A stretch of DNA of 62,986 nucleotides, counting the filler, from Octopus bimaculoides (Eukaryota): NCBI RefSeq assembly GCF_001194135.2. It is 5 parts of 5 records of this genome, joined end to end, with 100 filler letters (N's around TTAATTAATTAA, not from the genome) between each part and the next. Parts side by side here need not be neighbours in the genome. Positions count along the whole stretch, not along the records: positions 21,837 to 39,070 come from NC_068996.1; positions 39,171 to 55,159 come from NC_068985.1; 3 more parts are not named here. The stretch is one strand, 5' to 3'. Positions 37,083-51,125 of the stretch are shown in pieces. Both the position numbers and the translations under genes were made by a program. Numbering within the stretch: position 1 is the first letter of the stretch; each line of letters opens with the position of its first letter. The notes below the pieces were generated by a model that was given only the letters and a program-made list of their open reading frames with translations, was not told the DNA's origin and made no database searches.

Positions 37083-37475
37083 GCGCCTAGCAGTTTGCTT
37101 CGCAACCACATAGTCCCGGGTTCAGTTTAATAGCATGGCATCTTGCACAAGTGTTTTCTACTGTAGATTAGGGCTGACCAGAGATTTGTGACTGGATTTG
37201 GTTGATGAAATCTGAAAGAAGACTGTCTTATATGTTCCTGTGTATCTGTGTGTGTGTGTGTGTGTGTGTGAGTGCGTGTTCCAAGCCACCGCCTCATTAA
37301 CGGTGTTTGTGTGTTTACATCCCTGAGACCTAGTAGTTCGGCAAATAACAACCGATAGAATAAGTGCCAGGCTTAAAATAATATAAGTGCTGGAGATGAA
37401 TGATTCGACTAAAATTCCTCCAGGCAATACCTCAGCAGCATGGCCGTAGTTCAAATGATTCAAACACGTAAAAGA
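37083..37475 (+). mobile_element. SINE family A, decayed
   Basis: Head, CORE-like block, TG repeat and tail all alignable. Confidence 0.75.
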
Positions 37476-37511
37476 TGTGTGTGAGCGGTTATATGTATAT
37501 ACATACATGTG

Positions 37512-37547
<36 letters not shown>

Positions 37548-38274
37548 TATATANNNNNNNNNNNNNNNNNNNNNNNNNNNNNNNNNNNNNNNNNNNNNNN
37601 NNNNNNNNNNNNNNNNNNNNNNNNNNNNNNNNNNNNNNNNNNNNNNNNNNNNNNNNNNNNNNNNNNNNNNNNNNNNNNNNNNNNNNNNNNNNNNNNNNNN
37701 NNNNNNNNNNNNNNNNNNNNNNNNNNNNNNNNNNNNNNNNNNNNNNNNNNNNNNNNNNNNNNNNNNNNNNNNNNNNNNNNNNNNNNNNNNNNNNNNNNNN
37801 NNNNNNNNNNNNNNNNNNNNNNNNNNNNNNNNNNNNNNNNNNNNNNNNNNNNNNNNNNNNNNNNNNNNNNNNNNNNNNNNNNNNNNNNNNNNNNNNNNNN
37901 NNNNNNNNNNNNNNNNNNNNNNNNNNNNNNNNNNNNNNNNNNNNNNNNNNNNNNNNNNNNNNNNNNNNNNNNNNNNNNNNNNNNNNNNNNNNNNNNNNNN
38001 NNNNNNNNNNNNNNNNNNNNNNNNNNNNNNNNNNNNNNNNNNNNNNNNNNNNNNNNNNNNNNNNNNNNNNNNNNNNNNNNNNNNNNNNNNNNNNNNNNNN
38101 NNNNNNNNNNNNNNNNNNNNNNNNNNNNNNNNNNNNNNNNNNNNNNNNNNNNNNNNNNNNNNNNNNNNNNNNNNNNNNNNNNNNNNNNNNNNNNNNNNNN
38201 NNNNNNNNNNNNNNNNNNNNNNNNNNNNNNNNNNNNNNNNNNNNNNNNNNNNNNNNNNNNNNNNNNNNNNNNNN

Positions 38275-38600
38275 CATGGCACCTTGGGCAAGTGTCTTCT
38301 ACTATAGCCTCGGGCCGACCAAAGCCTTGTGAGTGGATTTGGCAGACGGAAACTGAAAGAATCCCATCGTATATATGTATATATATATATATATGTGTGT
38401 GTGTGTATGTGTGTGTGTGTTTGCGTGTCTGTGTTTGTCCCCCCAACATCGCTTGACAACCTATGCTGGTGCGTTTACGTCCCCGTAATCTAGCGGTTCT
38501 GCAAAAGAGACCGATAGAATAAGTCCTGGGGTCGAGTTGCTCGACTAAAGGCGGTGCTCCAGCATGGCCAAAGTCAAAAAGACTGAAACAAGTAAAAGAG
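38275..38600 (+). mobile_element. SINE family A (head truncated by gap)
   Basis: ggcaccttgggcaagtgtcttctactatagcctcggg...aaggcggtgctccagcatggcc...gactgaaacaagtaaaag. Confidence 0.88.
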
Positions 38601-39017
38601 TTGAGTATATATACACACGCACACAAATACACATATACATATATAAATATATACGTATACTGAGAGATAGAGAGAATGAGAGTGATTGAGAGAGAGAGAG
38701 AAGTACATATATATATTTATAGTATGAGTATATATATTCACGTAGACATATTTTAACTTATCCTAAATTCTGATATTGACAAATACGTGCAGACGTTAAA
38801 AAGAGAAGTAACACTAAACACAGTTGCACACGTTAACGCACACTCGTTCACTTAACGGCCATAATCACAAGCGATCGTGCAGACGCACACACAGATACAG
38901 TGTTTAACAGCGGCACAGGCAAATGCAAAATACGGCACAACTATCTATAGCCTCTAAGTTACCAAACTACTGGAAAATTTTCTACACAGATGAAAAATAG
39001 AATTATGTGCACACAGA

Positions 39018-39070
<53 letters not shown>

Positions 39071-39170
39071 NNNNNNNNNNNNNNNNNNNNNNNNNNNNNN
39101 NNNNNNNNNNNNNNTTAATTAATTAANNNNNNNNNNNNNNNNNNNNNNNNNNNNNNNNNNNNNNNNNNNN
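39071..39170. other. Artificial 100-bp scaffold spacer
   Basis: 44 N + TTAATTAATTAA + 44 N. Confidence 0.95.
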
Positions 39171-39293
39171 AGAGAGAGAGAGAGAGAGAGAGAGAGATTG
39201 ATAGATACATAGATAGATAAATAGAGAGAGAGAGAGATAGATAGATAGATAGAGACAGTTATATATCTACGTATGTATGTGTGTGTGTGCGTT

Positions 39294-39324
<31 letters not shown>

Positions 39325-40174
39325 ATGTGTGTGTGTGCATGTGTGTGTGTGTGTGTGTGTGTGTGTAGCGAAGCATATACAGACATCGAATATGCAGATC
39401 CGCCACACTAACAATACAAATTTATCTTAACAGCAATACCTCACCACAATTCTAAACAAGTGAACGACTTCTATATAACAGATAATTCAACGACTTAAAT
39501 AGTTCATTTTCACGTTAATACGAAAATACTCAACGAAGTCTATCGTTTCTATTTCTTCATCTTGTCATACTGCTAATGAAATTTTCCTTATCTTGGACTT
39601 CGCGAAATGAAATAGCTACGAAATTGTCTCAAATTTGTAAGATAACTGGGATTTCAAATTTCAGATAACAGAATTAGTTTGTAATTCGTAGCCTAATCAT
39701 GGTCCATCAGCACGTAGACATAATGTAAGCTATTTTGCTTACAAACAGTAACGATGACATTATTGAACATTGCTTCTATAATGGTAATATAAGAATCGGA
39801 GGAATTGTATTGAGATAATAGATGTGACGTTAATCTTACTAAAAAGGATGCTGAAACAAATAAAGTTTAATTTATGAGGTGAAATGCCTGACCTTTTAAA
39901 TAATGATTTCTATTTTCCATAGGTTTATGGGTAGTTATACACAAACATGTTGGAGCTGATCGAATTGAACATAACAATGTTAACACACGCATACACACAC
40001 TCACAAACATACACAAATATACACACACACACACACTTATTGGCATTCAGGTTAAGTTGGGTATAAAGAGTAACTTTTTGTATTAATACTGCTTCCATCG
40101 CTAATAATTAATGTATGCTTACACATACATATATATATATAATTATATAAATACATATATACATGCATTTATAA

Positions 40175-40254
<80 letters not shown>
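40175..40254. repeat. (AAT)n microsatellite
   Basis: Directly visible. Confidence 0.97.
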
Positions 40255-40255
<1 letters not shown>

Positions 40256-40814
40256 TAATGCATGCTAACAGACACACACACATATATATAATTATATATA
40301 TACATAAGTATATAATTATATATACATATATAAATACTGGAAGAAAAACCTCCCTCCGGGCAGTCTTCTGCTTGCGTCGATATTATTTCCCCATTTCATT
40401 CCCTATTCTAATAATTTTTATGAAATGTTACGTCTAAACATGTCTTCGTATAATGGTGCTCAATCGCTTAGTAAATATTACGTTCGTTATTTTATCGCAG
40501 TCATTTAAAGAGTGAATGTATTATAGGCATTTATCATTAATAATTGGTACAACGTACATAGGTGTGCATAGATAGCTAGATAGATGGACGGACACACACA
40601 CACAATCTGGTTCTGTGAGAACATATGGGAATGGCGTTTCCTTACATTTTTAGATATACCCAAATTTAAATTGACCTAATATAACGATATCATTCATTCG
40701 AAATGAGTTAAAATATGTCAAAACAATTTAATCCCACACAAATATGTTACATTACATATAATTTATATGTTAATTATATTTACTGAAATTTGCTAAAAAG
40801 CATATTCAGCTTTA

Positions 40815-41285
40815 AAGTAGTATCTCCTTGCAGGCACAATTGTCAGTAATCATACAGTTTCCATTTGTCTATGCCAATAGTTTTACATTAGCCTTCTATC
40901 GAACTCTAGGTAATGCAACATGCAGATGACCATGTGAGAAGGATTGTGTAGGAAGATATATTCCAGATTGTTCAAAAGTCTGTTCTTGCGTCTTGTTGCA
41001 CGTCAAGGTAAAACCTCCTGTATATTCTTAGATCACCAGGGAATCATTCACAAATTGTTGGAGTGTCAATGGTTGTATTTGCAAGTCACACAGGATTGGT
41101 GAAGATATTTTTGAGGTTAGCATATACAAAATCAAATAGATCTGAAAGAGTATCACTTTGAAGAGACAGGTCATTGGGTAGTTTCATTTTTACCTCGGCT
41201 TTGTTCAACAGAAATGTTACTATTTCCTACATAAAGAAGGTAATTAGTAGACTCAGAATGACTGACCTTCATTAAAAAGTCTTAA
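40815..41285 (-). pseudogene. Helitron PIF1-like helicase remnant (old, internally deleted)
   Basis: TCNKTQEQTFEQSGIYLPTQSFSHGHLHVALPRVR and LLYVGN...KLPND...DFVYANL; possible decayed 3' hairpin/CTAG end near 40337-40365. Confidence 0.75.
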
Positions 41286-41309
41286 ATCGGTTGTCATCTC
41301 CACTATTTA

Positions 41310-41428
41310 CACTTGATCTTTGGTCGGACCGAGGCTATAGTAGAAGACACCTGCCCCAGGTGACCCGCAGTGGGAGTGAACCCGAAACCATGTGGTTGGT
41401 AAGCAAGCTACTTATTAAACTGCCACTC

Positions 41429-41430
<2 letters not shown>
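41310..41430 (-). mobile_element. SINE family A head
   Basis: ggtcggaccgaggctatagtagaagacacctgccccagg...ccatgtggttggtaagcaagctactt. Confidence 0.8.
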
Positions 41431-41463
<33 letters not shown>

Positions 41464-41819
41464 NNNNNNNNNNNNNNNNNNNNNNNNNNNNNNNNNNNNN
41501 NNNNNNNNNNNNNNNNNNNNNNNNNNNNNNNNNNNNNNNNNNNNNNNNNNNNNNNNNNNNNNNNNNNNNNNNNNNNNNNNNNNNNNNNNNNNNNNNNNNN
41601 NNNNNNNNNNNNNNNNNNNNNNNNNNNNNNNNNNNNNNNNNNNNNNNNNNNNNNNNNNNNNNNNNNNNNNNNATATAATACAAAGATTATATATGCATGT
41701 ATACACACATATATGTATATACTTACATCTACATGTGTATATAGATGCATATCAGGGTACAGGACGTTAGAACATATACTATATATATAAATATATCATA
41801 ATAAATAAATGTGGCCTTT

Positions 41820-42052
41820 TAAGAACTAGCCAGGATCATGGGCCTAGTTTCCCGGTTTCAATGGCGTATGTGTTCCCTTGCTGGACAGGACGCCAGTCCA
41901 TTGCAGCGTTACTCAATTTTGCTAGCTGAGTGGACTGGAGCAACGTGAAATGAAGAGTTTTACTCAAGAACACAATGCGTTGCCCGGTCCAGGAATCGAA
42001 ACCACAATCTTACGGTCATGGTGCTGACAACGTAACCACTAAGCCACGCGCC
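41820..42052 (-). mobile_element. SINE family B (tRNA-derived head, CORE-like block)
   Basis: Reverse strand ggcgcgtggcttagtggtta...ggtttcgattcc (A/B-box-like), then gtgttcttgagtaa. Confidence 0.75.
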
Positions 42053-42063
42053 TACACACACAC

Positions 42064-42095
<32 letters not shown>

Positions 42096-42679
42096 CCACA
42101 CACATATCCATATATTAATATATATGTATATACATGTATATAATATATATATCTATACTCACCGCATGTATCCATACCCTTACATATATGTACACACACA
42201 TAGGTATACATATGCATATAAATGTATGTATGTCAGAGAGTGAGAGAGAGAGAGAGAGAAAGAGAGAGAGATAGAGAGAGAGAGAGAGAGCTTTGGGGTG
42301 TTTTCTCCGTGACTAGATTTGTGTGCATATGTGTGTGTGTGTGCGCGCGCGCGTGTATGCAGTAAGTAGTTTATACAGGTTTCTAGTTTTGTTGCTTTGT
42401 AGGAAGGTATCTATAAAATATATGGGCCGTTGAACAGTTAGATAAATAATATAGCAACGTTCTATATTACGGCAATGCAACAGCTAATAATATTTTTGTA
42501 ATGTTTCAGGAAAGCAATAATAATGAATTTTTCATAGAATAATTATTGAAGTTTTGTAATTGTTTGCATTCCTGAGAGAAAAGATGGAAAGTTATAATGA
42601 TGTTATAAAGGAAGCAATCAATGTTGTCCAGTAAATGAAATATTTATAATATTTTCTATTCTAGTTCTTTCCAAGTATA

Positions 42680-42827
42680 TGATAGCGAGTTCAGTTATCG
42701 TGCCTGGTACCTCAGTGCATCAGTGCAGTATTTTCTTCTATAGACTCAGGCCGACTGCAACCTCCTGATTGGATTTGGTAAACGGAGAGTGAAGGAAACG
42801 CGTCAAATAAAAATACGTGTGTGTGTG

Positions 42828-42885
<58 letters not shown>

Positions 42886-43035
42886 TGTGTATTTATGTCA
42901 GTATATAGCCACCATGTACGCGCAAAACTTTACGTGTCGGAAAAAAAGAGACCGATAGAATAGTAGCCAGGCCTTTAAAAATATGTACTCTTTTGTTGCG
43001 TGGCATTTAATACGGCTGCAGTTGACTGAACGAAA
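42680..43035 (+). mobile_element. SINE family A, heavily decayed
   Basis: ttctatagactcaggccgac...ggatttggtaaacgga, TG repeat, agagaccgatagaata. Confidence 0.6.
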
Positions 43036-43119
43036 GGAGGAAAAATAAGATGAAAGTTATACATATTTACATACTTACGTATATATACATGTCTTTTATC
43101 GTTCATCTTTTACATTTTA

Positions 43120-44250
43120 CTGGTTTAATCCCAGGACCGATGTCTTGCTAATAGGACCACCTGCAGTTACTCGGTGTTGCTTCCGGTATCGTTGTTGGTG
43201 AAGCAGCGAGTTGGCCATAACTGCTCCTCTTTGAGTCTCCTATCTCAGATAGAAAACTGTCCAAACGTTCCTTGCAAACGTCCGCATCATTTCCATATAG
43301 ATCTCTAAAGTTACCTGGAAGGATCATGAATACTTGCGTGCCCTTGATACCCAGACTATTGTAGTACTGTGTACTTATATTAGATAGGGAGACGGGATCT
43401 CTGAAATGATGCGGTGCCGTCCAGTTCGAGGATTGGTATGGTTGTCAATTCCAAAATTGGTAGCTACATCTTCGAAGATCTTCCAAATATATATCACTGC
43501 ATATCTCTCTCGTCTTCTTTCCAGGGAATAGAACTCCGCTACTTTAGTCTCTCCCAGTAGCCCAATTTTTGCATCGAGTCAATCTTTGCGTATTGGCACT
43601 GAATTGCTTCGAGTTTGCTTCACAACCCTGGCGACCATTGTTAGGAGCAGTATTCCAAGGGGTTGAGAACGAAAGTCTTCCATAGGAGTAGCAGGGACTC
43701 TCTATTCCTGGTTCTGAATGACTTCAGAATCCAGCCAGCCACTCGCCTGCAATGTTGCCATCTTGGTAATATGCACATGGAATGCTGCATCATTGCTCAT
43801 GTGAACCCCTAGGTCACGCACCGACTCTAACTCTGGGATCTTATTACCTTCTGGTCCAGTGTATTCCTGTTTAAGTCTGGCGTTGGACCGCTAGTGGAGT
43901 GCTTGAAATTTCATAGCATTTAACTGCATGTTATTTTGTTAGCCCATTTGTAGATTTCATTCAGTTCTTTCTGCAGATTTATGATGTCCCCTAGTTTCCT
44001 AACTGTCTGCTAAACTTTTGTATCGCCAGAATAACAGGTCAGATTGGCTGACCGTACAGCGGAGGGCATGTCTGAGAGGGCCACCACAATAGTAGTGGCC
44101 CCTATGGGAATCCGCTGAGAACTGGTGTCCCTTCAGAATGAGCACCATTGGCTATAACTGCCTGACTCCCGCCCTTCAGAAACTCATGAAGCCACTCTTC
44201 CAATTTCCCAGCAATACCAAGGTTTGTTCATCTTGTGACATGTCCCAACG
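43120..44250 (-). mobile_element. CR1-clade LINE, 5'-truncated RT region and 3' end
   Basis: LGIAGKLEEWLHEFL..QAVIANG, SGFP.G, YSGDTKV (YADD decayed), LQKELNEIYKWA, NMQLNAMKF, DLGVHMS, ERRRERY; many stops. Confidence 0.88.
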
Positions 44251-45273
44251 TTTAGTTTTATCCTCAAAATCAGAATGAAAATCTGTTTTCACGCAGTATA
44301 TATATAGTTATGCCTCTTCTGTACAGCATGCGATCGAGGACAGTGCGTTTACCGTATAAAAGGGGTAATGAAATAGAGTGGTTGATCGACCATTGACAGT
44401 GCGAGGGTATTTTGTGACAAGTATATAGAATATAAACTTGCTTAATAATTTTACAGTGTAGCAGAACCTTTACTATATAAACTATAAATACATGTGTCTT
44501 ATAGGGATCGCTAAATAACTACAACAAACTTAACAGCTGAAATGTTGAACTGTTTGATGTATCAAGAAAAGGCATTTAGAATACGGTGCCTTTCTTGCGA
44601 TCGAGTGTAGGAATCTAACAATATTGCTTTTCTTTATCTAAATGGAAAACTGGAATCGTATTACAGTTTTCGTAATATTGATAATCTTCTTTATAGAAAG
44701 GTGTGCGCCATGTTTCACCAACAATATTTAAATCAAGATGGCAAATATAAATTCAAAAATACAAATGTGGTGAAACGAATACACACCAACGCATACAGAA
44801 AGACACAAATTTCTGCATACAAACATGCAGAAATACTCACACAAATATTATCGATTTGTAAGAATATCAATGACAGATATCTACACAATTATTAAGTAAT
44901 ATCAAACTGTCGGGTGATTCGCTGTTGTCCAATATATCACCAAGATGGCGCTGGTTCTAAAACTAGAACTCATTAATAACTCACCCTCGAAAATATGAAT
45001 AAATATGAATTGTGTAATTAGAAAATAACTGTCGGCAGATAAGTCTCAGAATTCATAAGAGATTGTGTCAATTACTAACTGGAGGAGAAAGAACAGTATT
45101 TAGCAATAAAGATAGACGAATAGCATCATATTGTTACGATAAACCCGTGTATACACACGCGTGCACACATACAGACCTGTACGAATATATATACATTCAT
45201 ATCTATTCTTATTTGCAAATAGTTACTTTACGATATACATAAGTGTGTATATATGTATATATATTTCTATATG

Positions 45274-45310
<37 letters not shown>

Positions 45311-45593
45311 NNNNNNNNNNNNNNNNNNNNNNNNNNNNNNNNNNNNNNNNNNNNNNNNNNNNNNNNNNNNNNNNNNNNNNNNNNNNNNNNNNNNNNNNNN
45401 NNNNNNNNNNNNNNNNNNNNNNNNNNNNNNNNNNNNNNNNNNNNNNNNNNNNNNNNNNNNNNNNNNNNNNNNNNNTGTACATGTATACACATATACGTTT
45501 ATATATATATATACATATACATGTATATATATGTTTATATATATATATATATATATGATACACACACACTTAAATGTATATATCTATATGTAC

Positions 45594-45634
<41 letters not shown>

Positions 45635-46454
45635 CATATATTAACATACATATGTACATATATACATATATCTTTATACATACATTCACACACATATAAA
45701 CACATTGCATCCCATCCATAAACACATATGATGTGTGTGTGTGTGCGTGCGTGCGTGTATGTGTGTGCGCTCGTGCGTGCGTGTATGTGTGTGCGCTCAT
45801 GCGTGCGTGCGAGTGGTCGGTTAGACATAAATATATATGATATTTTATAATTTAATTATATATGTTCTGGACATTAACAGAAATAGCTGCTGTGTATAAT
45901 GAACTATCTCAAGTCCATTCTACACAAAGGAAGCAATTAGTAGTATCGATGACACGAAAGTTTCCAAGCAAATAAAGCGAAATTTATTGACCATTTCTTT
46001 TCTTCTAAATTCAGGATATAATCAAGCTTACTGATGAATGGTTTTCAATAAATTTTGATATACTTTCTATAAGGGTAGCTTAAAGATACTAAAAGATATA
46101 AGTTAATATAAATTACCATCACACAAGACCTTTTTCAAATCAGTTTATAGTCAAATGATCTGAGCACCTTTTATTGATTTTGCTGGTCCGCAAAAATCTA
46201 AGGAAAAACAACATTGAAAAACGCTAAACTTACAGAAACTAATTTACGTTACTTGTTTATATACAGGGTTGGCCAAAAGTTACCTGACAATAACTCAAAA
46301 TTCCATAAATACTTACTATTCAATTTTATTCATTTATTCCAATTATGAATGTTTAATAATTGAATTCTGTGAGTTAAAATCACTATAGTTTTTTTCTTTT
46401 TTTTTTCAACATTTGTGTAGTAACGAAGTCTCCTAAAACAAGTTTTGCTTCAGT

Positions 46455-46545
46455 CTTGGTACTTAATTTATCGGACCCAACGGGATGAAAGGCAAAGTCA
46501 ACCTCGGCGGAATTTGAACAAAATCAAAAACGAACCAAGCGCATG
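46455..46545 (-). mobile_element. SINE family C fragment
   Basis: ggatgaaaggcaaagtcaacctcggcggaatttgaac. Confidence 0.7.
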
Positions 46546-46609
46546 CGCGAAATTCAAAATATAAGATATAAGATTGCAACAATTTACCCTCCGCATAGTC
46601 TTTATATAG

Positions 46610-46772
46610 GGTTAGGAGTGGTTGTGTGGTAAGTAGCTTGCTTACGAAGCACATGGTTCCACGTTCAGTCCCTCTCCGTGGCACCTTGAGAAAGTGTTTT
46701 CTACTATAGCCTCGGGTCGACCAAAGCCGTGTGTGTGGATTTGGTAGACAGAAACTCAAAGAAGCACATCGT
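46610..46772 (+). mobile_element. SINE family A head
   Basis: aggagtggttgtgtggtaagtagcttgc...ggcaccttgagaaagtg...gacagaaactcaaagaagc. Confidence 0.85.
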
Positions 46773-46774
46773 AT

Positions 46775-46842
<68 letters not shown>

Positions 46843-48609
46843 GAACAAACACAAGAAACAAAGCAACAACCGTAGGACATGGTACAGGCAAAGTATTAGC
46901 AGACGACCAAGGAAGGAGAGAAAGTTGGTTTTAAGATTCGAGCAAATGTCTTCGTGAGAAACAGGTGGCGGTGGAAATTCCAAGAGAAAAGGAAAACATA
47001 GGTATGTACGTGCGTATATCTATACATCTACTTATGGCCTCATTCGTGTTTGAATTAAATGACAAAACGACAATTTCTGCAATGCTGTCAAAAATATTTT
47101 ACGTTGTGTGTAAGTAAATTCAGTTCTTAGTCGAAAAATGCTGATTAAATATTTCCACATACATTTACTGTTCAGAAATGAAAATATATATGACTAAACT
47201 CTCATTAGTGAAATCTAGACTTGTATTATCACAACAGAAATGAAACAGATACTTGATAAAACTGTCACCTTCGTTTTTTTTATATCGACCGTATATATTC
47301 CAATTTTTTTGTTATATTTGATATATTGTTCTGTAAAATATAACATTATATAAAACGATCGTGTCGTTGTCCAACTAAATTTTAATTAAGTTAGTTACCA
47401 GCTTCATCGGTATTTCGTTCACGACTGCATTTATGTCTGGTATTATTTAATATCTTGAATCAAATTACGTATTCATCATGTATTCTCTCTGTATTTGTTT
47501 CACTTTACGAATCTCCTCTTTCTTAATAATGATCATATTGTGTAGGTCCCATTTCAGAAAGAATAAGAAATCTTTTAATCAGATTTCATTTCTTGCCTTC
47601 TTTACGAACGTTTACATTGGAGCCCGTTTTATGTAGAAATGGATACGGGTATTTCCTGACATATAAAACATATTCGATGTTTGGAAGGATTGAGTGTTCA
47701 AATATACAAACAGTTACTTGGTACATTATTCTCTTTCAGTATCCGCCGCGTCTGTAATGTGGAATACTAGCTATTGAAATTGCTGACTAATGTTCTATTT
47801 TTTTTTTGTTTTTTTATTTAAATACTGTAGTAATATCATATAGGTGAATGGCAACTCAATGCGTGATGTCTTACAATAACGAGTAATTCTGCTTAAAATT
47901 CAATAGCAATAATGAGCATTTAATATGTAATTCTCTTTCCTCTGCAGTGTAGGATATTGCGTGCGTGATAATGAAATGCCACAATTATAATTTATGTCAA
48001 TATATTATTTGCTGAATTTGTAGATATGCTAGACAGGCGAGAATATTTCAGGAAATCTGAGAACATCACGCAGTTTTGTTACCTGTAGGTGGTAACTCGA
48101 TTTCTTTGATAGCATTAACGATTTTGATAAATACATGAATTTCACTGGTTCCCATAATATTTCTCTTAGAAAATAGATTGTAAGTGTTGAGAGAATAAAC
48201 AAAACCAATAAAAAGTGTGACATTTGCACACCAAAATTTAGGAAAATTAAACTCATATAGCATAGCAAATGTAATATCCACCATCAACATTTCTGTTATT
48301 CTCTTTCGAGATCAAACGTTATAGTCGTGGTACTTCAACTGTTAATAATTATATTCCGTTTCACAATCAGTATCTTGCTCTACATTGTAATACATCTCCT
48401 CCACTAAATATCCATCTTTGGTCACAAGGTTTCTCAGCTCACACATGTACCTCATTGTCCGTGTTTCTTTAAACAAGGTATGCAGTAAAAGCTAGGCCTA
48501 AATAAATTCTCTCAACAATTATTTAGATTTGAGTTGACACATGTTTTAGTGCACTAGGTTGCATATTTAAACTCATGATGTTAGCAGTTTTTACATGTTT
48601 ATTTGTTTT

Positions 48610-49010
48610 TATTATTAGTTTCAGTCCGAAGACTGCGGCCATGCTGGGGCACCGACGTTTGCTTGCTACACTTTCAATAGACTTCCTCTAGCATGTGATG
48701 TTTGGTTGGTGAGGGAGTTTGACTTTGTTGCCCTCATCTGTGTTTCTTGCCTTGAGGTAGGTTCATCGGGAAACCTTCACAGAAGAAAATCCTGTTTTAT
48801 TTTGAAAATGTCTACATTCACGCAATGAAGGTCTTTCAGGCTTTGTGAGCGGATATTGAAGAATTGTCGGCCCATTGAAGCCAAGAGTTTTCGATATCTG
48901 GTCCTGTATTCTGATGGCATTGTTGAATGTTTCGGTAATATGCAGTGGCGTCCCGTTTGTGTAACTGACAACGCCAAAGTTTGGTCCCCCAAGACTGGTA
49001 ATAAACGGGT
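48610..49010 (-). mobile_element. CR1-clade LINE 3' fragment with intact 3' terminal stem-loop
   Basis: GRHCILPK...GRQFFNI...LKDLHCVNVDIFK..D..L..FPDEP; ends ggtgccccagcatggccgcagtcttcggactgaaac followed by an A-rich tail. Confidence 0.82.
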
Positions 49011-49506
49011 TTACTGAAGTATTTAACAGGAGAAATATATTGTTGTATGCAATTATTAGTTCAACAACTATAAATACACATAATGCATTGATTACAGAAA
49101 TAAAATGCAAAGCCGTAAAGCCGTTATATCCTGTTCATATTACATGTAGGGGATTATATTTCTGTCGCTTGAGTGTTAGTTACAAGATGCATAGCTTCTG
49201 CCACATCGTCAAAGTTTCTGTTCTTCCGAATTAACTTAATTGAAAGGCTGTAGATTTATCTAAATTGGACAACTTTAAGTATTTCTAAAAGCAACTCACT
49301 ATTGTGGAATCGAGCAGATTACATTAGGCTTTTGCATTTTTTACTGCTGAGTAGTAACTGATAAATAAAGAAAAGGCATCATTTTCTAAACTACCAAAAC
49401 AGCACATTCTCAGTCACGTGAATTGCTACATTTATATAAGAAGAACATACAGTCATTGTCAGCGAGTCTGAAAGGCAATGGTCTCAATGATACACACACA
49501 CACAAA

Positions 49507-49547
<41 letters not shown>

Positions 49548-49974
49548 TCTCTCTATCTCTCTCTCTCTCTCTATCTATCTCTCTCTCTCTCTCTCACACA
49601 CACACATACACACACACACACACACACCCACAAACACAAATTTCCATTTAAATTCTTATGAATACAAATATAGGATTTGTAAAGGAGACAGACGCACAAG
49701 AAGCAGGCCTTTATTAGAGGGCATGTCATTGATGCACTCGCAAAATGTGAGGAAAAGAATTTGCCGAATATGGCTGAACCAGAGGCCAAATGAATAATCA
49801 AATAGATTTTAACCTCCGTAATATAAATTATCTATTATATAATTAAGTAGGCTTACTCACGATAGGATGGATTCTTTACTCTATCTATGGTGCTGTATTC
49901 ATTATCATTTGAATATACTTATGATTGAAAGTGTGAACATGATTTATATCTTTCAACAGGGTTTGGAAATGAAT

Positions 49975-50540
49975 TTAATGGCAAGTATTAATTGTATTTG
50001 TTATTTCGGATGTATTGAAGTAGGAGTTGAAAATTAACTTAATTAACGCGTGCAATTGTTTTTCTTTTAACACTTGTGCCTGGAAAACATCATAATATTC
50101 ATAATAAAAAGTAGGATAGCTTCCGTAAGTGAAACTAAAAAAACAAAAACGAAAGGTTTTGAATATCAGTTCAATAAAATGTGAAGTTAGACAACGTGCA
50201 TAAAAAGATTTCAAAGATTAGCGATCTTATTTTTATAGTTATAGATTAATGTTCGATATTGCACGACCTACATCAATCTCTGAAATTGAAGTAGTACTCT
50301 CTCCATCATGTAATAAATATTGCTTTAGAGGAGATCTTTAAACGATATTCATGTCACCAGGATCTGAGCAATCAGTAACATCACAGTTTTATGAACAGAT
50401 AACATCGAGTTCTTTCGTTGAATATTGTTGAAGCAAACACTCGTTATTTCAATTAGTTTTTTGAGCTTAGATCTTATCAATTTCAAGTGAATAGCTAAGC
50501 TTTCATTGATCATATTTATTTCCTTATTCTTTAGAGACAT
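49975..50540 (-). pseudogene. Possible ancient hAT transposase relic
   Basis: SKLKKLIEITSVCF and MKSF..LTSHFIE..F..GS loosely resemble hAT SVCLTxDxW..SFLGITAHFI..F.GSHT; weak. Confidence 0.3.
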
Positions 50541-50989
50541 TGCTGGATCTGAAAAGGAAAAATCACACTACGGGCAAAATTGTGCATTTAAATGCTAGTA
50601 TTGTGATCAATCGCCAAAATAATCATATTCATGCGAATGAAACCGATGAAAATAAATCATAGTTTTATGATACAAGAAAAGATAATACTCTTATTTAAAA
50701 GGAACGAAGATTAATTTTTAATCGCTCTTATATGTCAGTAGAATACAATATGGCATTTCTAAGGCTCCCCAAAAAATGTCTTCAAGGAAATGATTGTGCG
50801 CATTGTATTGTAGCGCATAATTGTATTTCTTTTCCTGCATGGATGTCATTGAAAGAAATCATATAGATGAATAAAGGGAGACTAAGGCGTAATGTATATT
50901 TTAAAACATAAGGCTTAAATAGAGAAATATTTAGAAAAGTGTTTCTTGAAGGAAAAAGAATAATTAAACTTTATCGACATTAGTTTTAA

Positions 50990-51125
50990 ATGTTGGCACA
51001 AAGCCAGCAACTCGTGGGAAGCGTGTAATTTGACTACAACGACCCCATTGCTCAGATGGAACTTATTTTATCGACTCCGAAATTACGAAAGGTAAAGTCG
51101 ACCTCATGTTAATATGAACTCAAAT
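50990..51125 (-). mobile_element. SINE family C, decayed
   Basis: acttattttatcgactccgaaa..gaaaggtaaagtcgacctc...atgaactca. Confidence 0.6.

Noticed and set aside
41990-42052. tRNA-like A/B boxes here and in other SINE heads
   Set aside because: No complete cloverleaf; part of dispersed SINEs, not tRNA genes.
48330-48490. ~50-codon open frame on the minus strand (ETRTMRYMCELRNLVTKDGYLVEEMYYN)
   Set aside because: Short, no recognised domain and splice signals unconvincing.
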